Shown here: positions 10,417 to 20,144 of the stretch, piece after piece | How the letters are laid out: the number at the start of each line of letters is the position of its first letter | Position numbering within the stretch: the stretch's first letter is position 1 | From: Alphaproteobacteria bacterium | Lineage (GTDB): Bacteria; Pseudomonadota; Alphaproteobacteria; UBA3830 | Direction of reading: 5' to 3' | Length of the DNA stretch: 64,000 nucleotides | Assembly (NCBI GenBank): GCA_015062335.1 | Contig: SUUU01000001.1 | Span: 12,312 to 76,311 of the forward strand | Made by a program: the position numbers and the translations under genes | The notes under the pieces: generated by a model | Told to the model about the DNA's origin: nothing | The model's input: the letters and a program-made list of their open reading frames with translations, nothing else | Databases searched by the model: none

Positions 10417-11193
10417 TTATGCTAGAGTCTGCTCAGACGATTCTGACTCAGTTGAAGCTCCTTCAATTACGGGATTTTCTAACGCACCGACATCAACACC
10501 TGCCGAAGTCAATCCCTTCTGAATACCTTCAATAACTGCATTTTCCACTGCGCTGCAGTATAAATCAATAGACCTCACGGAATCATCATTTCCCGGAATA
10601 GGAAAATCAATTCTTGTCGGATCAGAGTTAGTATCGCAAATCCCAACGACCGGGATTCCTAATGTTCTTGCTTCCTCAACCGCTGTTTTATCGATAGTGA
10701 CATCCAAAACAAACAACAATGAAGGAATTCCACCCATGCTTCTTACACCGCCGAGGGCCCGATTCAATTTACTGATCTGTCTCTCTATACTCAAGATTTC
10801 TTTCTTCTTCAAAGAAATATTCGCATCCTGCAGTCTCTTTTCCAATGATTCTAATTTCTTGATGGACTGGGAAACCGTCTTCCAGTTCGTCAACATACCA
10901 CCCAACCAACGATGATTGACATAATATTGTCCACAACGCGTAGCCGCCTCTGCAACTCGGTCTGATGCTTGATCTTTCGTTCCGACAAATAAGATACGAC
11001 CACCTTCGGCAGCGATATCTCCGACAACCTTCAACGCCTCTTTCATCATCTCAGCCGTTTTATCCAAATTGATAATATGTATCTTATCCTTAGACCCGAA
11101 AATATACGGCGCCATTTTCGGATTCCAACGTCTCGTTTGATGTCCGAAATGAACACCTGCCTCTAAAAGTCTTTGTACTGATACTTCTTTCAT
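10417..11193 (-). CDS. rpsB: 30S ribosomal protein S2
   Basis: MKEVSVQRLLEAGVHFGHQTRRWNPKM start, with AAGGAG just upstream of the ATG at 11193. The 24-codon upstream extension in the ORF track (to 11265) has no S2 similarity. Confidence 0.95.
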   Translation of the reverse strand: MKEVSVQRLLEAGVHFGHQTRRWNPKMAPYIFGSKDKIHIINLDKTAEMMKEALKVVGDIAAEGGRILFVGTKDQASDRVAEAATRCGQYYVNHRWLGGMLTNWKTVSQSIKKLESLEKRLQDANISLKKKEILSIERQISKLNRALGGVRSMGGIPSLLFVLDVTIDKTAVEEARTLGIPVVGICDTNSDPTRIDFPIPGNDDSVRSIDLYCSAVENAVIEGIQKGLTSAGVDVGALENPVIEGASTESESSEQTLA

Positions 11194-11343
11194 AAATTTA
11201 CTCCTTTTTCGGTTATATAGTGAGGGCCTTCTCTTCTCAAGGATCCGCTCACATCTCCTCTGCAAGCCTTCCGAAACTTATCGGACCGAATGGAACGTCA
11301 TCTCGACATCCCCCTGCTCGCATGCGTCTTAGTTTTATGTATA
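11194..11343 (-). promoter_or_regulatory. rpsB 5-prime leader with a locally GC-rich, hairpin-forming core (about 11221-11325), plus a possible promoter TTGAAA-17nt-TATACA (-35 at 11361-11366, -10 at 11338-11343 on the minus strand)
   Basis: Seen in sequence: about 105 nt clearly more GC-rich than the flanks. Short complementary arms are present (gtgag/ctcac around cctt..aagg; tccg/cgga; ttcc/ggaa). The promoter match is weak because the -10 lacks the final T. The regulatory role is inferred from S2 autoregulation known in gammaproteobacteria. Confidence 0.3.
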
Positions 11344-11586
11344 CTAGCAAACATCTTAAATTTCAATACTTCTGATCCTTTTTGTTCTAATGCTTCAAGT
11401 TTGAAATCCCAAACCAATTAGGAAAATTTTGCCGATTTGCTTCGAATAATTATTAAAACTTTCTTAACATCAAATTTTCTGAAGCCTTAGCGTTAACATT
11501 TCAGAGCAATTTTGAGAAGTTTTTTCGAAAAAAAGTTAACAACTCAAACTTTGGCACGATTTTTGCATACTTATTTGTGTAAGTGT

Positions 11587-12396
11587 ATGAGGAACGTAAT
11601 GTTAAGGTATCTGTTGTGTGGTAGTATTTCCGGAATTTTGTCAATTCTGTCGATTGATTTTTGCAAAGCAAACCCTATCACTGAAGGAGTGTCTGCATCA
11701 ACGCTGCCCAACAATGCCGATATCGTAGACACTGTAGATAACAGTAAATATTTTGGACAGCATGAACTTTGCGAAAGCGAAATTGTTCGAGCAGAGCGCA
11801 AATATGGCATACCGAATCGTCTGCTTCTGGCAATCGCCACGGTTGAATCAGGAAGAAATGTCGGGAAAAGCCACAAACGACCATGGCCATGGACAATCTG
11901 CGCAAATGGCAAAGGGTATTACTGTTCCACAAAAAGCGCAGCAATCGCAACCGTAAAAAGGTTAATATCACAAGGTACCAGAAATATAGACGTTGGATGT
12001 ATGCAGGTAAATCTTATGCACCACAGCAAAGCATTTAAAACTTTAGAAGAGGCTTTTACACCTCACACAAACGTAGCATACGCCTCCAAATTTTTCATAA
12101 ATTTGAAAAATTTACACAACTCGTGGACTAAAGCTGTCGGATATTATCACTCAAAAGTTGAAAAATTTTATAAACCTTATTGTTCCTTGGTATATGCGGC
12201 ATGGAAACATTCGCAAAATTTCAAAATCAATAACTCTATATGGGTTCAAAAAGCCGCAAATACCGTAAAATCGCACATTTCGTTCTTACCGTCGTACTAC
12301 TCGATGGTAGACAACTCAATTTCTGCAAAACTACACCAATTAGGACAAAAAACCATCAGCAGGCCGTCGCCTCATTTCGTTACAAAAGCGAAATAA
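11587..12396 (+). CDS. lytic transglycosylase (SLT domain), secreted
   Basis: The signal-like N-terminus MRNVMLRYLLCGSISGILSILSIDFCKA starts at the ATG at 11587. SLT catalytic region ERKYGIPNRLLLAIATVESG...IDVGCMQVN...AVGYYHS. The ORF-track start at 11512 is a TTG extension. Confidence 0.8.
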   Translation: MRNVMLRYLLCGSISGILSILSIDFCKANPITEGVSASTLPNNADIVDTVDNSKYFGQHELCESEIVRAERKYGIPNRLLLAIATVESGRNVGKSHKRPWPWTICANGKGYYCSTKSAAIATVKRLISQGTRNIDVGCMQVNLMHHSKAFKTLEEAFTPHTNVAYASKFFINLKNLHNSWTKAVGYYHSKVEKFYKPYCSLVYAAWKHSQNFKINNSIWVQKAANTVKSHISFLPSYYSMVDNSISAKLHQLGQKTISRPSPHFVTKAK

Positions 12397-12444
12397 AAAC
12401 TTGAGTTATTAAAAATTTTCAAATTTAACACCAACTCAATATAC

Positions 12445-12468
12445 AAAAACCCCCCGAAGGAGGTTTTT
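12445..12468. terminator. bidirectional rho-independent terminator between the convergent SLT gene and rplL
   Basis: aaaaacccc-cgaa-ggaggttttt forms about 10 bp with one mismatch around a cgaa loop. An A-run lies on one side and a T-run on the other, so either strand reads stem plus U-tract. Confidence 0.7.
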
Positions 12469-12495
12469 ATTTGAAACTGACAAACAAAAAACTTG

Positions 12496-12873
12496 TTACT
12501 TCAATTCAACTTTCGCACCAGCAGCTTCTAATTTTTCTTTCATTGCTTTCGCATCATCTTTTGAAACAGCCTCTTTGATAGTTTTTGGAGCAGCTTCAAC
12601 GATCGCCTTCGCTTCCGTCAAACCTAATCCCGTCAACTCTCTTACAACCTTAATGACGCCGATCTTTGCAGCACCCGCATCTGTCAAGACAACATCAAAT
12701 TCTGTCTTTTCCTCAGCGGCAGCAGCCGGAGCGGCACCACCTGCAGCAGCTACAGCGACAGGAGCAGCCGCGGATACACCCCAAACTTCTTCCAACTTTT
12801 TGCTGAGCTCTGCAGCTTCCATAACATTCAATTCTGATAATGTTTTTACGATTTCATCTAAATTTGCAGCCAT
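12496..12873 (-). CDS. rplL: 50S ribosomal protein L7/L12
   Basis: 125 aa. Ala-rich hinge and C-terminal domain EKTEFDVVL...[12 protein letters not shown]...[14 protein letters not shown]. Confidence 0.96.
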   Translation of the reverse strand: MAANLDEIVKTLSELNVMEAAELSKKLEEVWGVSAAAPVAVAAAGGAAPAAAAEEKTEFDVVLTDAGAAKIGVIKVVRELTGLGLTEAKAIVEAAPKTIKEAVSKDDAKAMKEKLEAAGAKVELK

Positions 12874-12888
12874 TTTTATCCTCCGTAA

Positions 12889-13398
12889 TTATTTTTCTGA
12901 ATAGGCTTTTAATACACGAGCAAGCTGTGATGCAGGTGCTTGTGATAACGTCGCCAAACGTTGTGCAGGTGTTTGAATAACCGCAACAATTTTGGCTCTC
13001 AATTCGTCCATAGACGGTAAAGATGCCAAAGTTTTCACTTCAACATCACTCAACAGTTTTCCGCTATACCCTCCGCAAACAATGGTAATTTTATCTTCCA
13101 CCTTCTTCGCGAATTCGGATACAACTTTCGCAGAACCAGCGACATCTGTCGAAAAAACCAGCGCCGTTTGTCCACTCAAATGAGGCAACATACACTCAAA
13201 CGAGGTATCTTTCACAGCTATCCTCGTCAAAGTATTCTTCGCCACAAGATAAGTAGATTTCACATCGCGCAATTGTTTCCTGAGACTCTCTGTTTCAGCA
13301 ACCGTCAACTTATTCTGATTTACAGCAAAAACAGCCTCGCTTTCTGCAAAGCGCCGCTTAATTTTTGCAACCAGATCTGTCTTCTTGCTTTTTTCCAC
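12889..13398 (-). CDS. rplJ: 50S ribosomal protein L10
   Basis: 169 aa. L10-like sequence immediately upstream of rplL. Confidence 0.93.
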   Translation of the reverse strand: MEKSKKTDLVAKIKRRFAESEAVFAVNQNKLTVAETESLRKQLRDVKSTYLVAKNTLTRIAVKDTSFECMLPHLSGQTALVFSTDVAGSAKVVSEFAKKVEDKITIVCGGYSGKLLSDVEVKTLASLPSMDELRAKIVAVIQTPAQRLATLSQAPASQLARVLKAYSEK

Positions 13399-13522
13399 AG
13401 TTCTCTCCTAAACTAACCAACGAGAGAATACCGGAAACCTCAGATAAATAACCAACACACAGTCGATCTGCAACGGCATATTTAAGTTACTCACACCGAT
13501 GGTCTACGATAGACTCCAACGA
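13399..13522 (-). promoter_or_regulatory. rplJ leader, a possible L10(L12)4 autoregulatory leader
   Basis: 124-nt untranslated gap between rplA and rplJ. It contains a gtcta-tcg-tagac hairpin and a repeated cgttgg element. The assignment rests on position only, by analogy with known L10 leaders; no covariance model was run. Confidence 0.3.
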
Positions 13523-14218
13523 CTAAAAAGAAAGCACTTCAGCAGCGCTTAACCTCAAGCCGACTCCCATTGTACTGGAAACCGTTACGGATTTCAAGTA
13601 CGTTCCTTTCACTCCAGCAGGTCTTGCCTTCACCACAGCTCCAATATACGCCTTCAAATTAGCTTCTATCTTATCCTGATCAAAACTCAATTTACACAAA
13701 CCGGCATGTACAATACCCTGCTTATCCAAGCGATATTCAACCTGCCCTGCTTTAGCATTCTTAACCGCTGCCGCAACATTTGGAGTAACCGTACCTAGCT
13801 TCGGATTTGGCATCAACCCTTTCGGCCCCAAAACCTTACCAAGACGACCAACAACACCCATCATATCCGGACTAGCGATACAAACATCAAGATCGATACT
13901 TCCATCTTTAATCTTGTCTGCCAAATCATCGGCACCCACGTAATCCGCTCCAGCCTCTTTTGCTGCATCAGCGACAGCACCTTTTGCAAATACCGCAACC
14001 TTTACATTTTTTCCGGTACCTTCAGGCATTGCCACCATTCCGCGGATGTTTTGATCTGCAGAGCGAGGATCCAAATTCAAATTAATCGAAACCTCAACTG
14101 TTTCATCAAACTTGCAAGATGAATTTTCTTTCAAAAACTTCACTGCTTCGGACAAAGAATAGTCTCTTGTCTCAAGCTTCTTCTCGATATTCCGATATCT
14201 CTTCCCTGAACGAGCCAT
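13523..14218 (-). CDS. rplA: 50S ribosomal protein L1
   Basis: 231 aa. [16 protein letters not shown]...VAVFA...GADDL motifs. Confidence 0.96.
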   Translation of the reverse strand: MARSGKRYRNIEKKLETRDYSLSEAVKFLKENSSCKFDETVEVSINLNLDPRSADQNIRGMVAMPEGTGKNVKVAVFAKGAVADAAKEAGADYVGADDLADKIKDGSIDLDVCIASPDMMGVVGRLGKVLGPKGLMPNPKLGTVTPNVAAAVKNAKAGQVEYRLDKQGIVHAGLCKLSFDQDKIEANLKAYIGAVVKARPAGVKGTYLKSVTVSSTMGVGLRLSAAEVLSF

Positions 14219-14649
14219 TATTGAACGACCTCCAATCCCATTGAACGCGCAGAACCGACTATCATCATGCTAGCGGCATCAACATCATTTGCATTCAAAT
14301 CCTTCATTTTCTTGCCAGCAATCTCTCTAATTTGAGCCATGGTAACCTTACCCGCATAGGTACCCCTGCCAGTCGCAGATGCTCCCTTAGCAATACCCGC
14401 AGCCTGCTTCAAATAATAAGTAACAGGAGGCAACTTAATAATGAAAGAGAATGTCCTGTCAGCAAAAGCCGTAATAATTACAGGAAGCGGCGTTCCTGCC
14501 TCATAAGACTGAGTCTGCGCATTAAATGCCTTACAAAATTCCATAATATTTAATCCTCGCTGACCTAACGCAGGGCCAATAGGAGGAGATGGGTTCGCTT
14601 TCCCAGCAGGTACTTGCAACTTAATGTACCCAACAATTTTCTTAGCCAT
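14218..14649 (-). CDS. rplK: 50S ribosomal protein L11
   Basis: 143 aa. [43 protein letters not shown]. Confidence 0.97.
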   Translation of the reverse strand: MAKKIVGYIKLQVPAGKANPSPPIGPALGQRGLNIMEFCKAFNAQTQSYEAGTPLPVIITAFADRTFSFIIKLPPVTYYLKQAAGIAKGASATGRGTYAGKVTMAQIREIAGKKMKDLNANDVDAASMMIVGSARSMGLEVVQ

Positions 14650-14735
14650 AAAAATTCAACCTCTTACAAAGTGAAAATCAAACGACTACTTATATCACCT
14701 AAAAACCGTTTTTGCAAACGATAACTTTGACATCA

Positions 14736-15959
14736 TCACGCCAAAAACACACCCGGCATATCATTTTGAATATCCGAAGAAAACAATTCTGTCATTGCCC
14801 ACACCATAGCATCCAATCTATCGGGGGATTTTTCTCCAGGCACATATGTAGCCATCTGCATTTCTAATTTTCGGAACTGCATCGCGTGAAAAATCATTTT
14901 TCTTTGATATAGCAAAACGATAGGCGCTGCTCTTGCTATTTTTGATTTATGAGCATAAACAGCTTTAACACGCATATCTCCATTTTTAGACTTTAATAGA
15001 CGCGTCAGCAACTCTCCCCCGGCGTTTGCCTCAATGATTACCTGACGCGCCCGATATCTATCGTATAAATCGGTAATTTTACTCGCCCATTCATCTGAAG
15101 AGGCGTTCATTGATGCATCTTCCAAAACATAGGCCTTTCCAAATGCATCTTTTCCCGCAACGATAATTCCTGTTTCATCGCTATTATCCGTACTTGTCAC
15201 AGCCGGATCCACTCCTATTACTATATTATCCAAAAAGTGAGGAGGATTCTTATAACAACTTTCTATATCATCCCAAGACCAAAGAGTATTTGTATTATTT
15301 TCAACAATTTCCGCATAAATCTCCTGAGCCTCAAGTCTAGACCCTTTCAAATACTCCAACTGTTGCAAAAAGGCAGGAGATAAATTAGCCTCATTTTCCA
15401 AAGAAGACCCGCGAACCGTCACAACATCAGGGCGCTCCATTAAATCCTTAATAAATTGGATCGGACGAGGCGTTGTCGTTAAAATTACCTTAGGATCAGG
15501 CCCCAATCTCAAAGAAAAAGACAATTGATCAAATGTCTCTCTAGGATACATAAATTTTGCAAACTCATCAATCCATGCAGCATCAAATTGAGGCCCTCTC
15601 AATTGCTCGTAGTTTTCAGCACCGTAAATCGTTGCAATGGCTCCATTGTTCCAACTCAACAACCGCTTGGACGGCGTATAAATCAAACCATCACTTTCCG
15701 AACAAATTGACAACAACCCGCTATGCCCTTCTACCATTACTTGCTTAGCCTCTTGAATTGTATTCGCTATTAAAGCTACTCGGCGATATTTTCCCGAAAT
15801 TACTAATTTTCTGATTGCTTCAGCAGCTGCACGAGTTTTTCCAAACCCTCTTCCCGCAAGCATCATCCAGATTCGCCAATTTCCCTTAGGCATTAGTTGC
15901 TTAGGGCGAGCAATTTTTTCCCATTCTACAGGAGATAAGATTGTATTTTTTTGTAACAT
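14736..15959 (-). CDS. phage/GTA-type terminase large subunit (RcGTA g2-like)
   Basis: 407 aa. Walker A-like MLAGRGFGKTRAAAE, WIDEFAKF (Walker B-like), and a C-terminal nuclease-like region (GVDPAVT...DETGIIVAG...DRLDAMVWA). The architecture and N-terminal motif match alphaproteobacterial GTA terminases as I remember them. No portal, capsid or small-terminase genes lie next to it. Confidence 0.8.
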   Translation of the reverse strand: MLQKNTILSPVEWEKIARPKQLMPKGNWRIWMMLAGRGFGKTRAAAEAIRKLVISGKYRRVALIANTIQEAKQVMVEGHSGLLSICSESDGLIYTPSKRLLSWNNGAIATIYGAENYEQLRGPQFDAAWIDEFAKFMYPRETFDQLSFSLRLGPDPKVILTTTPRPIQFIKDLMERPDVVTVRGSSLENEANLSPAFLQQLEYLKGSRLEAQEIYAEIVENNTNTLWSWDDIESCYKNPPHFLDNIVIGVDPAVTSTDNSDETGIIVAGKDAFGKAYVLEDASMNASSDEWASKITDLYDRYRARQVIIEANAGGELLTRLLKSKNGDMRVKAVYAHKSKIARAAPIVLLYQRKMIFHAMQFRKLEMQMATYVPGEKSPDRLDAMVWAMTELFSSDIQNDMPGVFLA

Positions 15960-16056
15960 AATAATTTCCTTTGTTATTTGATAAATTCTTGAAACATTTG
16001 TAAAAAATTAACTTTTATATGTCATAACAGACAGTAGTGAATGAATGGTGATAATT

Positions 16057-16203
16057 ATGAGCAGAGAAGCAAAAGAAAAATCGAAAATGGACTCCACTGA
16101 TGAAGCAATTGCACAAGCATTAGCAAAAAATGACGAAGACTGGATGAAGCGAATGTTGCTTCTGGTAATGACGATGATTATCGCCTTAATCGGAATGGAC
16201 TAA
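16057..16203 (+). CDS. hypothetical 48-aa tail-anchored small membrane protein
   Basis: My own translation: MSREAKEKSKMDSTDEAIAQALAKNDEDWMKRMLLLVMTMIIALIGMD. GGTGA lies 5 nt upstream of the ATG. Charged N-terminus followed by one C-terminal hydrophobic helix. It is below the ORF-track size cutoff and I recognise no homolog. Confidence 0.3.
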   Translation: MSREAKEKSKMDSTDEAIAQALAKNDEDWMKRMLLLVMTMIIALIGMD

Positions 16204-16260
16204 GCCTCAACAGAAAGTTAAACTACTTCTTTAGATTCGTCCGCTGAATAACGATACACC

Positions 16261-16336
<76 letters not shown>

Positions 16337-16509
16337 AACTCCTGCGCAATGTAGCACAAGTTCACAAAAATGTCCAGTAATTGTGAAAGATTATTTTAAT
16401 AACACCCAATTATCAAAATGTTAGTGTAGCATAGATGGAATTTTTCTTCGGTCTATATCACTCATTCTTCTTTTGTGATAAATATGATGTGTGAATTTTT
16501 GGTGATTTT

Positions 16510-17370
16510 ATGAAAAGCTTTCAGGATATAATTTTCTCTCTCCAAAAATATTGGGGAGATTACGGGTGCGCAGTACTTCAACCATATGATATGGAAGTCG
16601 GGGCGGGAACATTTAGTCCTAATACGTTTTTGCGAGCTCTTGGCCCAAAAAGTTGGAAAGCGGCATATGTTCAGCCATCGAGAAGACCCGCCGACGGCAG
16701 ATATGGTGAAAATCCTAATCGTGTGCAGAAGCATCATCAATTTCAGGTTGTTATTAAACCGTCTCCTGATAACATTCAAGATATTTATCTCAAAAGCTTA
16801 GAAGTCGTCGGTATTGATTACAAACTGCATGATATTCGCTTCGTTGAAGATGACTGGGAAAGTCCAACGTTAGGCGCCGCCGGTCTCGGCTGGGAAGTTT
16901 GGTGCGATGGAATGGAGGTTACTCAATTTACCTACTTTCAGCAAGTTGGAGGAATAGCCTGCAGCTCAGTAACCGTCGAATTAACATACGGATTGGAAAG
17001 ATTGGCTATGTTCCTACAATCGGTCGATAATGTTTACAATCTAAATTGGAATGGAAAAGAAGGCTCTGAAAAAATTTCCTACGGTGATATCTGCAAGCAA
17101 CAAGAGATCGAATTCTCAAAATATTCATTTGAATACGCTGATATTGAAAAATTAAAACAGCACTTTGTCGATGCTGAGGCAGAATGTCGAGAATTAACAA
17201 ACGCCGGATTAGCTCTTCCCGCATATGATCAATGCATGAAAGCCAGTCATCTATTTAATTTAATGGATGCTCGAGGGGCGTTAAGTGTTGCCGAGCGAGT
17301 AGAGCGCATAGCAAGAGTTCGAGCCATGGCAAAAGCATGTTGTGAAGCACAGGTAAAAAATCATGAGTAA
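16510..17370 (+). CDS. glyQ: glycine--tRNA ligase alpha subunit
   Basis: 286 aa. [34 protein letters not shown] is the classic GlyQ N-terminus. Confidence 0.97.
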   Translation: MKSFQDIIFSLQKYWGDYGCAVLQPYDMEVGAGTFSPNTFLRALGPKSWKAAYVQPSRRPADGRYGENPNRVQKHHQFQVVIKPSPDNIQDIYLKSLEVVGIDYKLHDIRFVEDDWESPTLGAAGLGWEVWCDGMEVTQFTYFQQVGGIACSSVTVELTYGLERLAMFLQSVDNVYNLNWNGKEGSEKISYGDICKQQEIEFSKYSFEYADIEKLKQHFVDAEAECRELTNAGLALPAYDQCMKASHLFNLMDARGALSVAERVERIARVRAMAKACCEAQVKNHE

Positions 17371-19414
17371 CTTTTTATTAGAATTATTAATTGAAGAAAT
17401 TCCATCGAGATTTCAAGCTGAAGCAGCTTCTAATTTCGAAAAAATTATATTAGATGAATTTTCGCGACTAAAGATACCGTTTCAAAATATCAGAAGTTTT
17501 GTTTCACCACGACGTCTCACATTTTCAGCAGAGTTAGCTGAAAAAACGCTTGCATATCAAGAAGAAAAAAAAGGACCGCAAACCGTCGCACCAACTGAAA
17601 TCATAGATAAATTTTTGAAATCCAACAACGCATCAAGAGATGATTGTATAGAAAAAACTATTGACCGAAAAAACTTTATTTTCATCAATATTTATCACGA
17701 TGCCATAGATACAGCAGCGTTACTCCCAGACATCATAAAAAAGGCCATTGAAAATATTTCTTGGAAAAAATCCATGAAATGGGGAAATTACCCTGTAAAA
17801 TTCGTTCGACCATTGAGAAATATTTTGGCCGTCTTTAATGGGCAAACGATTAATTTTTCAATGGATGAGATACACATAAAGGCATCAAATGACACTGTTG
17901 GACACAGGTTTTTAGCTCCAGCTCAAATTCATGTAAAAAACTTCGAAGAATATCAAGAAAAGCTGAAAAATGCTTTTGTGATTATCGATCAAAACGAAAG
18001 AAAATCAATAATTTTGGAAGAAATTCGCAGAATTGAAAACATTTATAATTTATCCGTCATCATTACGCCTGATCTGCTAGAAGAGGTAATCGGATTGTCA
18101 GAATATCCGGTTCCATTGGTAGGAAAAGTTCCGAATAATTTTATGCAACTTCCGGAAGAAGCAATTATTACACCGATGAAAGTTCACCAACGTTACTTCC
18201 CTACTCGAACAGACGATGGGAAACTTGCGCCGTATTTCGTTTTTGTCGCAAACAATCAGGCAATAGATAACGGAAAAACAATCATCGAAGGTAATGAAAA
18301 AGTGCTAAACGCTCGACTAGCTGACGCTTTATTCTTCTTTGAAACGGACTCTAAAAAACCACTGGAAAGTCATCTGGAATCGCTAAAGAAAATTGGATTT
18401 CACGAAAGGCTCGGAACCGTTTTTGATAGGGTACAACGCGTCATTTCTCTGTGTCATTTTGCTTACGACAACCTTCGTGAAAATAATTCATTTATTACCG
18501 ATAAAACGAAGAATTTATTAATTCGTTCAGCAACCTTAGCTAAATGTGATTTATCATCCGGAATGGTGTGTGAATTTACGGAACTTCAAGGAATCATGGG
18601 GGCCCATTACGCGAAAATTCAGGGAGAAAGCGATGAGATATGTATCGCTATCCGTGAACAGTATTCTCAAGGAGATGATTTTTCAACGCCGTTCAGCGCA
18701 CTATTTTCTTTGATTGATAAAGTTGAGATTATTACCGGATTTTTCGCCATTGGGAAAGAACCTACGGGATCAAAAGATCCATTTGCGTTACGTAGAGCAG
18801 CCATAAGCATTTTGAAGATTATCCAAAAATTTAAAATGCGTATTGATTTAAGAGCTTTGATTCAAAAAGCCTTTGATAATATGACATTTGATAACTTAAA
18901 GTCAGATACAGTAGATAATGTCATTAATTTTATCAATGAAAGGTTCAAAGTTTTACTAAAAGACAATGACGTCGATTATGAAATAATTACTGCGTTGATT
19001 AATAGCGGCGCTGACATTTTGCTGATTTATCAAAAATCAGAAATCTTGAACAGAATTATAAAAACTGATGCAGGGAAACGACTCATCGAAGGATATAAAA
19101 GAGCCAAAAATATTATCGGTGACAATATCAATACAGAAGTTAACAAGTTTTTCCTTTCCGAAAATGAAGAAACACTTCTATACAACGCCGTACTAGAGTT
19201 GCAAGAACATTTGCAATACATAGAACAAACGGAAAATGATATTCAAACCGGTTTTGTTAAAGAACTAAACGCATGTGTGAAAATGGAAAAAGTGATTTCT
19301 CAGTTTTTTGAAAAAGTATTGGTAAACACTGGAGATTCCGTAATTAAGCAAAATAGGCTAAACCTTTTGACGAAGTTAGTACAACTGTTCGGTAAAGTCA
19401 TTCCGTTGTGGTGA
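17363..19414 (+). CDS. glyS: glycine--tRNA ligase beta subunit
   Basis: 683 aa. [14 protein letters not shown]-terminus and the ...[15 protein letters not shown] motif. 8-nt overlap with glyQ. Confidence 0.95.
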   Translation: MSNFLLELLIEEIPSRFQAEAASNFEKIILDEFSRLKIPFQNIRSFVSPRRLTFSAELAEKTLAYQEEKKGPQTVAPTEIIDKFLKSNNASRDDCIEKTIDRKNFIFINIYHDAIDTAALLPDIIKKAIENISWKKSMKWGNYPVKFVRPLRNILAVFNGQTINFSMDEIHIKASNDTVGHRFLAPAQIHVKNFEEYQEKLKNAFVIIDQNERKSIILEEIRRIENIYNLSVIITPDLLEEVIGLSEYPVPLVGKVPNNFMQLPEEAIITPMKVHQRYFPTRTDDGKLAPYFVFVANNQAIDNGKTIIEGNEKVLNARLADALFFFETDSKKPLESHLESLKKIGFHERLGTVFDRVQRVISLCHFAYDNLRENNSFITDKTKNLLIRSATLAKCDLSSGMVCEFTELQGIMGAHYAKIQGESDEICIAIREQYSQGDDFSTPFSALFSLIDKVEIITGFFAIGKEPTGSKDPFALRRAAISILKIIQKFKMRIDLRALIQKAFDNMTFDNLKSDTVDNVINFINERFKVLLKDNDVDYEIITALINSGADILLIYQKSEILNRIIKTDAGKRLIEGYKRAKNIIGDNINTEVNKFFLSENEETLLYNAVLELQEHLQYIEQTENDIQTGFVKELNACVKMEKVISQFFEKVLVNTGDSVIKQNRLNLLTKLVQLFGKVIPLW

Positions 19415-19524
19415 TAGAAAGGAGACACACCTCAAAAACAATCAAAAATTCGTGAAACAGAGCGAAGTTCTTCCCGTGATCTATTGACCTTTTCTCGACA
19501 ACAATGTAAAAGAGAGATGTGTGT

Positions 19525-19602
19525 GGCGGGTGTAGCTCAATTGGCTAGAGCGCCAGATTGTGGCTCTGGAGGTCGCAGGTTCAATTCCTGTCACTCGCCC
19601 CA
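19525..19602 (+). tRNA. tRNA-His (anticodon GUG) with G-1, CCA encoded
   Basis: G(-1) GCGGGTG TA GCTC AATTGGCTA GAGC G CCAGA TT-GTG-GC TCTGG AGGTC GCAGG TTCAATT CCTGT CACTCGC C CCA. The extra 5-prime G opposite C73 is the bacterial His identity element. Confidence 0.95.
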
Positions 19603-19620
19603 GTTGATTTGGAGTTGTGT

Positions 19621-20103
19621 ATGAGTAAGTTTAGGTATGATAGCCTAGTTCAGAAAGCGCTCATTTCAGTAGTAAAAGAAGTACTGAGCGACGTTTCAGA
19701 AAATGGACTGTCAGGGAATCATCATTTCTACATAAGATTTCGCACCGATCATCCTCGTACAATCGTTCCGTCTTTCCTCAAAGAGCAGTATCCTGAAGAA
19801 ATAATGATTGTTCTTCAATATCAGTTCTGGAATTTAAAGGTTGACGATCACTTTTTCTCGGTCGAGTTAAGTTTTGATGGCATTCGTGAAGTTTTACGTA
19901 TACCGTTTGATGCTTTGTGCGCCTTCGTTGATCCGTCTGTCAAATTTGCCCTTCAGTTTACTCCGAAATTTGATCCTTCAGTAAAAGACACCCCTCCTGT
20001 CGATGACGACCCTAATGGTGGGAACAAGACGAAAAAAACAGACTCTTCTTCGAAATCGGAAGATAATATTATCAGTTTTGATAGCCTTAAAAATAAGAAG
20101 TAG
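19621..20103 (+). CDS. sspB: SspB-like ClpXP adaptor (alphaproteobacterial stringent starvation protein B family)
   Basis: 160 aa from the ATG at 19621 (GGAG upstream). [18 protein letters not shown]...[12 protein letters not shown]...[14 protein letters not shown]...FSVELSF matches the SspB fold region as I remember it. An acidic/Pro linker is followed by a basic C-terminal tail, [11 protein letters not shown]. The ORF-track start at 19558 lies inside tRNA-His. Confidence 0.65.
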   Translation: MSKFRYDSLVQKALISVVKEVLSDVSENGLSGNHHFYIRFRTDHPRTIVPSFLKEQYPEEIMIVLQYQFWNLKVDDHFFSVELSFDGIREVLRIPFDALCAFVDPSVKFALQFTPKFDPSVKDTPPVDDDPNGGNKTKKTDSSSKSEDNIISFDSLKNKK

Positions 20104-20119
20104 CTTTTTGCAAATTCCT

Positions 20120-20138
20120 CTTACTTCAAAGAAGTAGG
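20120..20138. terminator. weak hairpin between convergent sspB and the 276-aa secreted-protein gene
   Basis: cttacttc-aaa-gaagtagg forms about 8 bp including one G-U with a very small loop. No clean U-tract on either strand. Confidence 0.25.
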
Positions 20139-20144
20139 TGATGG

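Noticed and set aside
11194-11265. N-terminal ORF-track extensions of rpsB. The same issue affects sspB 19558, comEC 25731, gltX 25692, lepA 33107, rsmH 37843, rne 54114, MATE 60621 and the glycosyltransferase 28905.
   Set aside because: The extensions lack family similarity. Some overlap a tRNA or a divergent gene. Internal ATGs with Shine-Dalgarno sequences coincide with the conserved N-termini.
11215-11330. Possible SRP (4.5S) RNA. The minus strand contains cggaaggcttgcagagg, reminiscent of the conserved GGAAGGAAGCAGCC of helix 8.
   Set aside because: I could not build the helix-8 tetraloop and symmetric-loop structure, nor a paired 5-prime/3-prime stem. It is treated as rpsB leader instead. 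An Rfam scan would settle it.
14650-14735. Possible att-site repeat of the tRNA-Lys 3-prime end at the far side of the terminase gene, which would delimit a degraded prophage.
   Set aside because: Only a 6-nt match (aacctc) was found by eye. That is far too short to be meaningful in this composition.
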